A DNA stretch of 64,000 nt from Octopus bimaculoides (taxonomy: Eukaryota), in the NCBI RefSeq assembly GCF_001194135.2, contig NC_068997.1, positions 56,704,596-56,768,595 on the forward strand, read 5' to 3'. The position numbers were made by a program, and so were the translations under genes. Within the stretch, counting starts at the first letter, position 1. Each line of letters opens with the position of its first letter. The notes under the pieces are model-generated. The model saw nothing but the letters and a program-made list of their open reading frames with translations, was not told where the DNA came from and did no database searches. Shown here one piece after another: positions 1 to 11,830 of this stretch.

Positions 1-76
<76 letters not shown>
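1..76. repeat. Compound (TA)n-(TG)n microsatellite
   Basis: Directly visible in the sequence. Confidence 0.97.
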
Positions 77-82
<6 letters not shown>

Positions 83-94
83 CACACATATGTA

Positions 95-178
95 TACGAG
101 GTCTGATCAATAAGTATCTGAACTGTTGCCATAGTAACAAAGCTAAAGCAGGCAGAGTAGAGCCACGTTGCACAAATT
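95..178 (+). mobile_element. Mariner-type terminal fragment (non-coding)
   Basis: Begins TA+CGAGGTCTGATCAATAAGTATC, which resembles a mariner terminal inverted repeat preceded by a TA target dinucleotide. No transposase sequence follows. Confidence 0.55.
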
Positions 179-255
179 GTCATCATCGTCGATGTTATCA
201 CTGTCATTGCTGTCACTGGCGGCATCATCACCATCATCATCATTATCATCTATGT

Positions 256-486
256 CTTTATTGCCCACAGGGGGCTCAACAGAGAGGGGGACAAACAAGG
301 ACAAACAAAGGGATTAAGTCGATTGCATTGACTTCAGTGCATAACTGGTACTTATTTAATCGACCCCCTGAAGGGACGAAAGGCAAAGTTGACCTCAGTG
401 GAATTTGAACACAGAACGTAACGGCAGGCGAAATACCGCTAAGCATTTTGCCTGGTGTGCTAACGTTTCAGCCAGCTCACTGCCTT
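256..486 (-). mobile_element. tRNA-derived SINE, family A (tail type 1)
   Basis: The minus strand carries a B-box-like GTTCAAATTCC. Clear similarity to the copies at 28967, 39033, 39217, 39512 and 58856 (shared ...aaaggcaaagttgacctc..ggaatttgaac.cagaacgta..gaaataccgctaagcattt). Confidence 0.88.
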
Positions 487-606
487 ATCATCATCAGTTT
501 CATCACCATCATTGTCGTCATCGCCATCATCGCCATCATCATCATCATCGCCAGCATCATCATCATCGTCATCATCATCATCATCATCATCATCATCAAC
601 AGCAGC
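486..606. repeat. Degenerate (CAT)n/(CGT)n microsatellite
   Basis: Directly visible. It explains the poly-H, poly-I and poly-D ORFs at 405-771. Confidence 0.95.
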
Positions 607-2095
607 AGTGTCACTATTGCAATAACTACTGGTAGTCTTTTTCTTCTTCTGTACTATGTAACATTGTCCTATTTCCATCTGGCTCTTGCAGCCAATAGAG
701 TTTTGTCTGCTGGAACCAAGAGTAGAATGGTAATGTTGGCCTTGCCATGGCTTATCGTTAAGTTATGTTAAATAACACAAACACAAAAGATGAGATGTTA
801 ACAGAACAATTTAAATTATTATCCTAATAATTTATCTCAGACATTTTGGCATGCAAGGAGAATTAATATTTATGCTTTCCTTGTTTGCTGTGTTGTTTTA
901 TGTGAGCAACAACAACAACAGCAACAACATCCAGGGACAAACACATAAAACAACAAAAACGGTTATCCTTGAAAGAAATATCAATTCAACACAGAGTTAG
1001 CATCTGTTTCAGTCTTTGTGAATCTTAATTGTTGAAGTTAATACCAGGCTAGTAATTCTTCCTCTCCATGTTTATTTATAACACTCAGGCAAGTGAATTA
1101 AGCATTAAAAATAAGTAATAATTATAAAAAAAGAAACATCATTGAAACAAGAAAATTTTATTCAATATTATCTGTTGTTATTTTTCATTCTCTTTTAATT
1201 ATTTTACATTTTATATTTCATTTTCCAGCTCAAAAATAATTCCCTACAGCATAGCTTCAATATATATAAGAAATTGAATATATACAATGTTTAATTCAGA
1301 CTATTTGATGACAATTAATCTAATGGAGATTTTTTGATTTATATTTATCAGAAAATTAGTTCTAATTGCCTCTCTCTGATAACCCATCTGATACCCATAA
1401 TTAAAAGTCAATGATTAGTTACATTCAGGCATTATTCAATATTTAATGAATATAAAAAATAGTCTAAGGAGTATTTTGCGTTTTTGCCTCTTCTTATATA
1501 TATCTATCTATATATATATATATTGTAATTAACTTCTCTGTTCTTTCTTCTCTAAAACTGGAATAATGACGACAGATTAATTGCTTCTCCGAGAAGTTCA
1601 ATCTTAGAAGAAAAAAGTCAATCAAGAAAATTACATTGTGATCAATATAGAAGATTGTGGAATGACAAAACTAGAAGGTAGAAATCTTTTCAAGAAAGAA
1701 TCATCTTTAAAGACATTGCGCTCAAGGAATTTATTGAAAAATCAAATAATGGTAAAACAAAATAAAAACTTAATTTCCTATCAAAATAAATCTGTCAGAA
1801 CATTTCACTGAATGGAATATATTTCAAGAAATATATTATAATCACCTAAGCAATACCTTTTCCTAATGAGTATTTGATATTGATTTGATATTTCATAAGA
1901 AGTTCTATGCGAGCCTCCATTATAAACATGGCTATAATAATAATAATTCAACAACGATTACTGTTTCAAAGAATTTTTTCCTGATTTTGATTATACAGAG
2001 AATGGTTTTAGAATGCTGGCTTCTTACATCATTTCATGACTGACTTATCAGGGAAAGTGAATCATTTTCAGATCTTCTCCCCACATAGCCAAGAG

Positions 2096-2100
2096 AACAA

Positions 2101-2134
<34 letters not shown>

Positions 2135-2183
2135 AGTGACAACAACAACAAAAATAAAAACAACAACAACAACAGCAACAGCT
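2096..2183. repeat. Compound (CAG)n/(CAA)n trinucleotide tract
   Basis: Directly visible in the sequence. Confidence 0.9.
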
Positions 2184-2901
2184 AAAAACTTTTATCGTTT
2201 ATAGAATTTCTATTGAGATAAAATATAGCAAAGATATTTTTAGAGAGAATAAATTTAGATTGAGAGCGTTTCATTGCCTGCTATAATTAAAGGCGAGATA
2301 TTTTGTAAATCAAAAATGTGATTGGTTTCTCCGGATTGAAGAGGACATCTGTCATGAGAAACAGCACATTAACACAACACTCATTACAATCAATTCCCTG
2401 CATAAACACCAAATATAAAATATTCATAGATTATAATTTTCCAGTGTGTTAACCTCATGTTCAGACTCTATATTTACATTATTTCTATCTGTGCTATGTT
2501 TAGATCAGTTCAATTAAGGATGATTGTCATCAGGTGTCTTATTCCTGGCTGTGAACTTAATCTCTGAATCAATTCGAATTGGGAAACATTGTTTGCAAAC
2601 TGAAAATGGACGAGAAGGATATTTTTGGTTTGTTTTGAATATAAAGGTTTTGAGATCAAATTGAATGTGGGATCATATATAAATCTAGGAGTAACATAAC
2701 TGGGGACAATTTGCTCATCAAACAGATTAAAACAGTCTAAGCAGGACTATTGTAGACAAGAAAAGGCTCAGTAAAATCCCTACCACCACCACCACCACTA
2801 CTCTCTTCCTCCCTTTCCAACTCCTCTCTGCTTCATTCTCCTCTCATTCCTCTTCCTTCTCTTTTTCGTCCTTCCCCTCCTCTTAGATACATATTACAAA
2901 T

Positions 2902-3119
2902 CCATGGTTACTACAATTTTTAACCCCAAGAGAAAGCCTCCACTAACTGTTTATGATGTAATCTGCACTTAACATATATTGCTAGCAGGAAAGTGAACCC
3001 CTAGCATCTTCTAGTGACAGAGGTTTGCTCCCCTGCTTGCAATATATGATGGGTGCAGATTGCATTGATAACCAGCCAGAGGATTCATCCTCTTGGGGTT
3101 AAAATGGTAGTAACGTTGG
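2902..3119. mobile_element. Foldback/MITE-like imperfect palindrome
   Basis: gttactacaatttttaaccccaagag (2907-2932) is the near-perfect reverse complement of ctcttggggttaaaatggtagtaac (3090-3114). The inner arms also pair (atgtaatctgcacttaacatatattgctagcagg with cctgcttgcaatatatgatgggtgcagattgcat). The short central loop is near 3003-3018. Confidence 0.75.
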
Positions 3120-3618
3120 TTCATATGGAGCAGCCATGTTAAGATGGTGACAAACCTTACTTCTCAGTGTTGTCACTACTCCCATTTCTTATTGAGATTT
3201 TCTAACAAGCAGCTTTGCTTGTAACAACAGAACTGTCATCTATTATTCATCATTTGTTTCACTGTTTAGTGAATTTATGAACATCCTTGAAACTGAATGG
3301 TATTACTTAAATACTTATAAAGTAAATTATATATATTTAGCAAATTCTGTTATTTGTAAGATTGTCAAATAAACCATGTTTGCTAACATATCCACTGAAA
3401 TTTGTACATCTTTACACAAGAGTTTCGATAAGACAGTAATAAAGATTTCAGGATAAACATGCCAGCAATGTGAAATTACTTTTGCAATTCCTCCATCTCT
3501 GTTTCAAGATTGGTCTTTGTGTGAATGATGTCTTCAAATTATGTCATTTCTAAACAATCTCAATTTTTCTTCAGTAACCTGTACAATCCATTACTTTACA
3601 ATATGGCATATATTATTT

Positions 3619-3748
3619 NNNNNNNNNNNNNNNNNNNNNNNNNNNNNNNNNNNNNNNNNNNNNNNNNNNNNNNNNNNNNNNNNNNNNNNNNNNNNNNNNN
3701 NNNNNNNNNNNNNNNNNNNNNNNNNNNNNNNNNNNNNNNNNNNNNNNN
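3619..3748. other. Assembly gap (N run)
   Basis: Run of N followed by (TA)n. Confidence 1.
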
Positions 3749-3758
3749 TATATATATA

Positions 3759-4149
3759 TCATCATCATCATCATTGTATAACGTCCGTTTTCCATGCTGG
3801 CATGGGTTGGACGATTCAACTGAGAACTAGTAAGCTGCGGGGGTTGCACCAGGTTCCAGTCTGATCTGGCAGAGTTTCTACAGTTGGATGCCCTTCCTAA
3901 TGCCAACCACTCCGAGAATGTAGTGGGTGATTCTTACGTGCCACTGGCATAGGGGCCAGAGGAGGCTGGCAACGGCTGCAATCATTTGGTGCTTTTTATG
4001 TGTCACCTGCACAGAAGCCAGTCAAGGTGGCGCTGGCATCACCCACGTTCGGATGGTGCATTTTACTTGCCACTGGCATAAGGATCACAACCACAATTTC
4101 CATTTGACTTTAGTTTTGTTGTACTTGACTCAATAGGTCTCCTCAAGCA
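3759..4149 (-). mobile_element. SINE family B with RTE-like 3' end and (GAT)n tail
   Basis: Reverse complement of the copy at 11580-11830 (shared ggcgttaggaagggcatccagctgtagaaactctgcc, aacccatgc.agcatggaaa.cggacgtta and a (gat)n tail). Contains three internal subrepeats. Confidence 0.88.
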
Positions 4150-4896
4150 CACACACACACACACACATACATATACACATGCATGTGTGTGTGTGTGTGT
4201 GTGTGTATTGTGATTTATTCACTGCTACTTCAGTATGCGTCATTACGCTTATGATGCTTTCACGCTTAGGTCAGAATAAGACTTAAAAGTATCTGTAACT
4301 GTTTGTCATGCTTAGAAAAATTAAACTAATACCAACCATCAGTTAGCATCATTTTTTCCCCCCTTCATTTATATCTTTTAGGCTTTTTTGATTTATTTAA
4401 TTTCCAAACAATCCTACCCTCTTATGTCTTAACTACATTTTCCCATTCATTGCTTTAGGATCTATGGAAAAATATATTCATAGCTGATAAGATCAAAATA
4501 AGACTGAAATATCTTCTGAGTTGTCTCTTACATTTACTGCAAAATCTCTGCCCAATATTAGTCATTCATTAATAACAGGTTATATTCTGCCATGCATTCA
4601 GTTCTTGTTAGTTTCTTAATGATTCAATTACTAAATATGTTAGCACAAACTTAACTAATGAGTCTGTCAGTTGGTAGTTTAGTTTAGCATTTAATTTACA
4701 GCAGATTGAAAAGACAACAGCCAGTATTGTATCACAGACAATGATATGGAAGCAGCATGCATTAAGTATATTATATCACTGACTTTGTCATTTGAATTTT
4801 AAGCAGAGTTCTATAGAAGAGTTTCTGTCAGTTTGAAAGTTTGTTAATATGAAAATAGACAAGTAACAACCACTTTCTCTCATGCTAATATTTCAG

Positions 4897-4990
4897 CAGC
4901 ACTTCGGCATTGGTAAATGATGGAAGATTTCGTTCGCCTGAGATGGCAGCTCTGCTGCTTGGTTCTTTGCCATTCATGGCATTGACCTAG
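4897..4990 (+). CDS. Candidate terminal coding exon with a GPI-anchor-signal-like C-terminus (STSALVNDGRFRSPEMAALLLGSLPFMALT*)
   Basis: Acceptor ctttctctcatgctaatatttcag, 30 open codons then TAG, locally higher GC, and AATAAA at about 5293. No upstream exon identified and no homology recognised. Confidence 0.3.
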
Positions 4991-5666
4991 CTACTAAACA
5001 TCAACTTTATTATCTCTGTTCTATGCAAACAACTTCTTATAATAATATTTATTTCTAATTTCCATAAATTCTCCAGAAATTCGAAAAGTACTGATAGCAG
5101 AGAAGAAAAGGGAAACAGAATGAGGTTTCTGTGTGTGTGTGTTTTGGTGGGGTGGGGTAGTAGATAGTATAGTGAATGTCTAATACATTGTTATGTCCAG
5201 GAACTTAATTAATTTATTTTGTTCTGTAAATAATTAATGATTGATGTATCTTGTGTTATATCTTGGGAAATTTGGACATATTTCTTTGTGGCAATAAAAC
5301 CGAAAAGTCAAAAAGATTATAGTGGAATAATGTTCTAGATATTGAACACTGAAGTTCTAATACCCATGTGGAAGAAATCTGTTGGAGGAAGTGTTCATAT
5401 TGACTTGAAATAGTTTTTGGTTTAACACCCTCAACTCTTTGATTCTCAGGTACATTTAGTTGATTATATTCTGCAAGTTACTGGTTCACCTCTTTTGTCT
5501 GAGGATAACTTCATACTAGTTGCCAATTCCATGGAAAAGGCCTTAAGCTCTGCCCTTCCTTCAGTTATTTAATGCAAAGTACAAAGGTCAGTTATTTCTT
5601 TGAGAAAGATGGTAGCACTTTTGTACGGTTGGAGTCTGATAACTGGAAACAGAGGAAACAGTAAAA

Positions 5667-5866
5667 GTTGTTGTTGTTGTTGCTTTTATTGGTTTTATTT
5701 ATCCCCAGGTCAACACGGATCGACTCAACCAAGACATAGAGGTGTTCCATCCACAACCATCTTTGTCTTTTCTTTTATATTTCAAACTGTTTTGTTTCAT
5801 ATGTCCTTCATTATTTAAGATGATAAAGTATGATTTGAGGAAATTTGGCAACTATTTCTAGCAGGT
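5667..5866 (+). repeat. Interspersed repeat family D copy
   Basis: (gtt)n head followed by ...ccccaggtcaac...; ends gatttgaggaaatttggcaactatttctagcagg. Related segments at 14608, 30585, 58633 and 61953. Confidence 0.55.
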
Positions 5867-5921
5867 TCAGAGACTGTTGCCTATGAAAAACAGAAATTAG
5901 TCAAATCTTTAATGAGATATT

Positions 5922-6540
5922 AAGAACTTGTATGTAATAATTGATGAAGATGGAAAGAAACGAAAAATAGTAGAGCTTTTGGACTCTCATGAAGAAAATT
6001 ACCATATTTCTTTCCTTTGAAAGCAAGTACGTTGACCCTTGTGTTAAGCAATAACTTAAGTAGATGCCTTCGTATGATATGGTGTAAACCTATAAAATTA
6101 CTTTCATATATTCTAGCTTCATACAGAACTGCTGAGAAAGAATGGTTATAAGCATTAAAAAGGATTAGAAAGTATATTCGGTAAGTAGAGGTCCTCTTTA
6201 TGAAGCTTCAAGCTGCAAACTTTTGAGTTAATAAACAATCCGTCATTGAGGAAATCTTCATGGGTCATCGACTTTGATGGAAGACAAATATAATCAGTAA
6301 TAACAATGCCTTAAGAAACATCAGTTTCAGTTTGGTATCAAATATAGAAGAAATAATAAAGCACATGATATTAAATGTATATCCTGATATTGCAATAATA
6401 CTTCTGGGATTGTTAAGGATCAACAGAATATGTTAACTGATGAAAACTAAGCATAGATTGATACAAATATATTGGGAGAGATCAATATACGGAATCAGTT
6501 CATCAAGTTTTGAATGATATCCCAGGCTCAGTTAATAAGA
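5922..6540 (+). mobile_element. Possible decayed Helitron PIF1-type helicase fragment
   Basis: Broken-frame peptides KNLYVIIDE (Walker B-like), FSLVSNIEEIIKHMILNVYPDIA and QVLNDIPGSV occur in the order and rough spacing of Helitron helicase motifs as I recall them. Many stops and frameshifts. Confidence 0.3.
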
Positions 6541-7772
6541 TTGGAATTTTCTAACCAATACAGGTAACAAATATGGCAAATGGTGTCAGACAATTCTTGA
6601 ATAATGAAAGAAATTGATTGTTAAATTTCTGTAAGACACATAATTCTGTATCTGCCAGATAGTGCTAACTATGTTACCATTCATTTTGAAGCAAGTGAAT
6701 AATTTTCCAATGCAGGGGAGAGGACTCTAATCACTTTTATTCATTTCTGTTTGATTACAGAATCATTTCCGGATGTTTTTGTTTTTATTTGGCGAAAGTT
6801 TTAACAGTAAATTAAGAAGTAAATGTTTCTGAGGGATATGATGTAATTGTTTCACTAATTAATATTGTAGGGTTGAATATGTTTTACACATTGATTAAAA
6901 CCATGTAAGGTGGTTACCAATTCAATGTCCAGGTTCAGAATGAGAAGTGGTGCATGTTAATAGAGATAAACTTAACCTGACACGACACTGGCCATTATAT
7001 CTCTAACAATATCACTGTCATCTCATTATCATCAATGTCACCTTCAGTGCCATTATATGCACCACCTTAACAATCATCACTGCTATCATCATGATCTACA
7101 CCAATCAACCACCACCACTGCCATCATCACCACCATCACCACCACCATCATGAAGAATATCACATTCACCAATTCCATCATTAGCATTACCATTTGTCTT
7201 GCTTCCATATTACTTTCTGATCTATTTCTACTCTTGTAAGCAATCAGCCCCTAATTATTTCAAACCACATCTGATACCATTCTACCATTGCACCATCCTC
7301 CAGCTGATTATCTCAAAAATGTGTTAGTCTCCTCTCACTAATTGCCTTACCTATGGTTTTTCTTTGCCTTACCTCTAAATTCATTAGAATCATCCTCTTC
7401 ACGGAGAATCAAAGAGCTGTAATAATCATTAAGTGGATCACATAAAACCATAAAAATTATCCAATCTTGTGTCTGGAATGGACGGTTCTATTCTTACAGT
7501 TTATAGGAATTAGACACACAATAAGATGAATTGATAAAATCGTATTGGTTAATATTTAAAAACGAATCTCAACTAATTGCTTCTAATCACTCTAATATTT
7601 CAAAGAATATGACAAACTATAAAATGCTCTCAGAACAGATCCTTCTAATTTTACTATTCTTTTCCTTTTTTCTTTAAAATCATTAGTATTAATCGATACA
7701 ATGAAATATGTTTTAATTGTATTGGCATCTGTTTTTCAATCATTTCTATTACCACCACCACCACCACCACCA

Positions 7773-7809
<37 letters not shown>

Positions 7810-8977
7810 TCTTTGATATCCCTGATATTATACAACAGAGAGGCATTGGATTTAATCTGCATTTCTCCTCGAAAAATCTTTGATAGAAATTAATGAAAAT
7901 TCTTTGTGGATGTTGTGTGAGATTGGTAATATTTTTAAAACATTATTTTTACTTTACATTTCTCATTGAAATAAAGACGACAGCAGTGCAAGTGTCAATG
8001 GTTGTAATGGTGTGTGGAGAAACCATTTTGGCTGGTTATATAAGCAAACACGAACTGTTTAACATGCTAAAACGAGTTCACTACATCTTAATGCTGACAG
8101 TAAAAAATAAGGATAAATCATTCATAATGGTGCATTTGTCAAGAACTGTGTGTGTGTGTGTGTGGCGTTGGAGTTCCTACTTGCTAGAGAAGAGTTTACG
8201 ACTGGTTTTCTGTGAATGCAGGAAATTAGATCAGTCTTCCACCATGGTCTTGCATATTGATGTCAATACAGCTCCTTCATCATTAATATTGACACAAGAA
8301 GAACTGTCTCTATCATTGGCAGTATTTCAAATTATGTCACAAGAGAAAAGACCATTTCTTCACAAACAGTTTGTAATGGCCAAATAGATAAAATAATAGT
8401 TATGGTACAAAGTTCAAGAGATCATACACTGCAATAGGCATTGTTTTGTCTGCTTGGTCAAACTTTGTAATGTCTGCTTGTCTGTCAGCAGACATGGCAG
8501 ATATTAACGATTTGGTTCTGGGAGGGGAAGGCGTTTGGTTGGGGGAGGAGTAGGGTCGCAGATAAAACTGAATATTTGGTAATTGGTTCACTGACCTTAC
8601 CATTCTGAGTGTGAATCTAGTAAAGTAGACACTGGGGAGGAATCGGTCAATTCTAAAGAATTCTTACTTTTTTTTTTGTTTTTCTTTTATCATGTTACCT
8701 GAACAGAAAACAAACATTGATACAAGTAAAAGAGAAGGTGGGGGTAGTGCTACATCCCGTTCTCTTTTGTGTTGTTGCACATTTTAGAAATAACAGCCAC
8801 ATTCCAACAAATGGCACCCTACCATTTTAGAAGAAGATAATGAACTCATAGATAATGAACTCATAGATGTGTGAGTGAGTGTGTGTGTGTGTGTGTGTGT
8901 ATGCATCATATATATATCATCATCATCAATTTCTTATTTGGAAGGGTTCAATTGACATTTAACCCCCTAATCCTTAC

Positions 8978-9028
8978 CTGCTTGATGCTCTCTTTCTTTC
9001 CACTTCCTCGGGGCTCATTGCTAAAGTC
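8978..9028 (-). CDS. Candidate 51-nt symmetric cassette exon
   Basis: Minus strand: acceptor cttctttcatctcaataccaacag, purine-rich 51-nt body, donor CAG|GTAAGG. Open in two frames (DFSNEPRGSGKKESIKQ or TLAMSPEEVERKRASS). No recognisable product. Confidence 0.2.
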
Positions 9029-10379
9029 CTGTTGGTATTGAGATGAAAGAAGCTGGCCAGCCAAACATACTGACCATCCAGTTACCCCACCAAATTATCT
9101 GATATCCAATCATAGACACTCCTATGTAAATATTAACATCATTGTTTCATATGGAATCAACTGTGTATATTTTTAGCTTTATTCTCTGTTCGATTGCTTT
9201 AGTTATTCTCCAGTAAAATATTTGAGACAAATCTCTCTTTCATGTTTGTCATGAAATATTTGTTCCTGAATTTGATCCTTGTGTTTCATGAACAAATATA
9301 GAATTTTTATTAAGACAAACCTCAGTTGAACAATTCTCTAGACTCATTCTTTTCAATGATTCTTCTGATTTAAAAAGAAACTAAGAGTTGACGAGTTTTC
9401 AATGTCTTGATGGTTTCCTGTCCCAGAGGAACATAACATAAGTATACAAATTATAAATCTAAATTAATATTTTTCTATTCGACATTTCTCTAAATATCGG
9501 AGTAGCGAGATGATTATACTGTGAAGAAAACAGTGGAACACAAGATTTTAACAAAGAATACTTAACCATTCTAAATAAAGGATAAAAAGGAAAAAAAAAA
9601 AGTAAAGATGATATTTCTTTAATTGAATTTCCAAACAGCGTCATATTGTTTCATACAAAAAAAAAATACTCTTGCTTCACAAAAGAGTCTATAAAAATGC
9701 CTTGCAGTTTTACCAATTTCCATTTTCTCACTTCATGGAAACCTTATGAATTTTTTCTATCTCTTTTATTAAAGAATAATTGGAAAACTCTCATTTTCCT
9801 CCAAGTTGCTTTGCTAAATTTCAACATGTCATTTTGATATAAGCTCTTCCCTTTGTTACAAGATTCCATGGCCTACCTTCTTCATGTTCTTAGAATACAT
9901 TCATTTTTTTTTTTTTGTTTCCTTCTGTTTTATTGCATTTGCCTGAATCATGTCCAATTTCAATGAATTCTCCTGATCTTCCTTACTTGTATTTGTTATA
10001 ATTTGCATCTTAGCTTAAAGCTATAATGGATAATATAGATTACAAAACATCTATGCACTCTCTGAATGCCATCTCTCTAGAAATAATTGTGTCAGCTGAG
10101 GTTGTTAAAAAAAAAACAAAACAAAGAACAAAATTACTTGTATTTTTTTTTTTTTTTTACTTTGTTTGAATAGAATGGATGGTTTTGTAAGTTTAGAAAA
10201 TTGCACGAACAATTGCAACACATTTTACAGCAGAATATCAATTGGAAGCGTAAACACTTTGTCATGAAATAGCAGTTGCTTCATTCTTTAGTTTGGCTGA
10301 TTAAAGAAAGGATTTACTAAAGAGTTGAAAGAATATTTTTTGCTTTAAGATTTCAACTTATGATATTTTCAATCTTAGA

Positions 10380-10620
10380 ATATTAAAATAAATACAGCTA
10401 GCAAAAATTGAAATATTTAAATAAACACAATTAGCTATAATTCAAATATTTAAATAAACGCAATTATCAATAGTAGAAATAAACACAATAAGCAATGATT
10501 TGAATATTTAAATAATCCTAATTAGCAATGATTTAAATATTTCGAGAAACACTATACTCAATAATTTACATATTTAAATATACTTAATTAACAGTGATTT
10601 ATATATTAAAAAAAAATATA
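10380..10620. repeat. Degenerate AT-rich minisatellite with a unit of about 33 bp
   Basis: An ATATTT(AAATA) anchor recurs at 10413, 10446, 10504, 10537, 10570 and about 10603. One unit is shortened. Confidence 0.8.
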
Positions 10621-11579
10621 CTTGGCTGACTATATAACATTGAATTTCGCTTCCCTTTTTTTCTTTCTAATTCTGTTGATTTTATTGTTGTTTTGTGGGT
10701 CTCAGACGAAATTAGTTCCAATCAAGCAGAACGCTGTCACTCAACTTCTCAAGATAACAATTAGCTCCCTTTAACTGTAGATGTGACATGCTTCCAACGA
10801 GCTAACGATCCTGTGGCACATTCTGTCATGTCATGATGGACCATAGGAACTGACTCCTGGGCTGCAGCCTTGATCACTCTCACTCTCTCCTTTTTACCTT
10901 GTGTGTGTTTGTGTGTTTGTGTGTGTGTGCACAGGCAGTCAATATAAAATTAATTATTTGATTAATTATATGAGTGTTTAATTACTTGGCATTAGATCCT
11001 CTCAAGCTTCATCTGTTGCAGTGGTGAGAAAGTTTAAGATGTTCTCTAAGTAAATAAAATTGAGCCATAAATATTTTGAAATGCTAAACTCTGTACCAGA
11101 TTCTTGTGCATGATTGGCATGATTCTTTTGTACTCTAGGCATACCTATGTATATAAATATGTGTATGTATACATGTATGTATATATGTTTGTATATGATT
11201 AAATGACCTGAACATCATACACTGGAGAGCTGACAGAGCAAAACTCCACGGGGAAGCTGTTAATCCCCCTGGATGTTCAACACATTGCAATGGTTGTACT
11301 GTAAGGATGGAAATTACATTCATTTGGAAATATATTTCAAAGCAAAGAAACATGAACATTTACTAATCTAACATTCTCTAGAATTGATCTTGCTTCTACA
11401 TTCTGCAGTGAGTTGCATTGTTGTATCCAACCATTTTACTGCACCCCACCCACCACACATGTTACTTTTGAAGACACTGAATGAATTGATGGGACTGGAA
11501 ATTAAACTCATTTAAAGGACATCAATAATTAAACATCTTTTATAATTAGTTGGTTGCTTAAAAATATTGGTTTCTCAAT

Positions 11580-11830
11580 GACTGGCTTGTGCGGGTGGCA
11601 CATAAAAGACACCATTTCGAGCGTGGCCGTTTTCGTGCGGGTGACACGTAAAAGCACCCACTACACTCTCTGAGTGGTTGGCGTTAGGAAGGGCATCCAG
11701 CTGTAGAAACTCTGCCAAATCAGACTGGAGCCTGGTGTTGCCATCCGGTTTCACCAGTCCTCAGTCAAATCGTCCAACCCATGCTAGCATGGAAAGCGGA
11801 CGTTAAACGATGATGATGATGATGATGATG
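11580..11830 (+). mobile_element. SINE family B with RTE-like 3' end and (GAT)n tail
   Basis: Least diverged family B copy in the window. Ends catggaaagcggacgttaaac(gat)n and has two internal subrepeats. Confidence 0.9.

Noticed and set aside
5450-5572. Plus-strand acceptor followed by 40 open codons (VHLVDYILQVTGSP...LPSVI*)
   Set aside because: No homology recognised, and such short open stretches are common enough by chance.
10706-10764. Possible short terminal exon (DEISSNQAERCHSTSQDNN*)
   Set aside because: Only a moderate acceptor and 19 codons, with no independent support.
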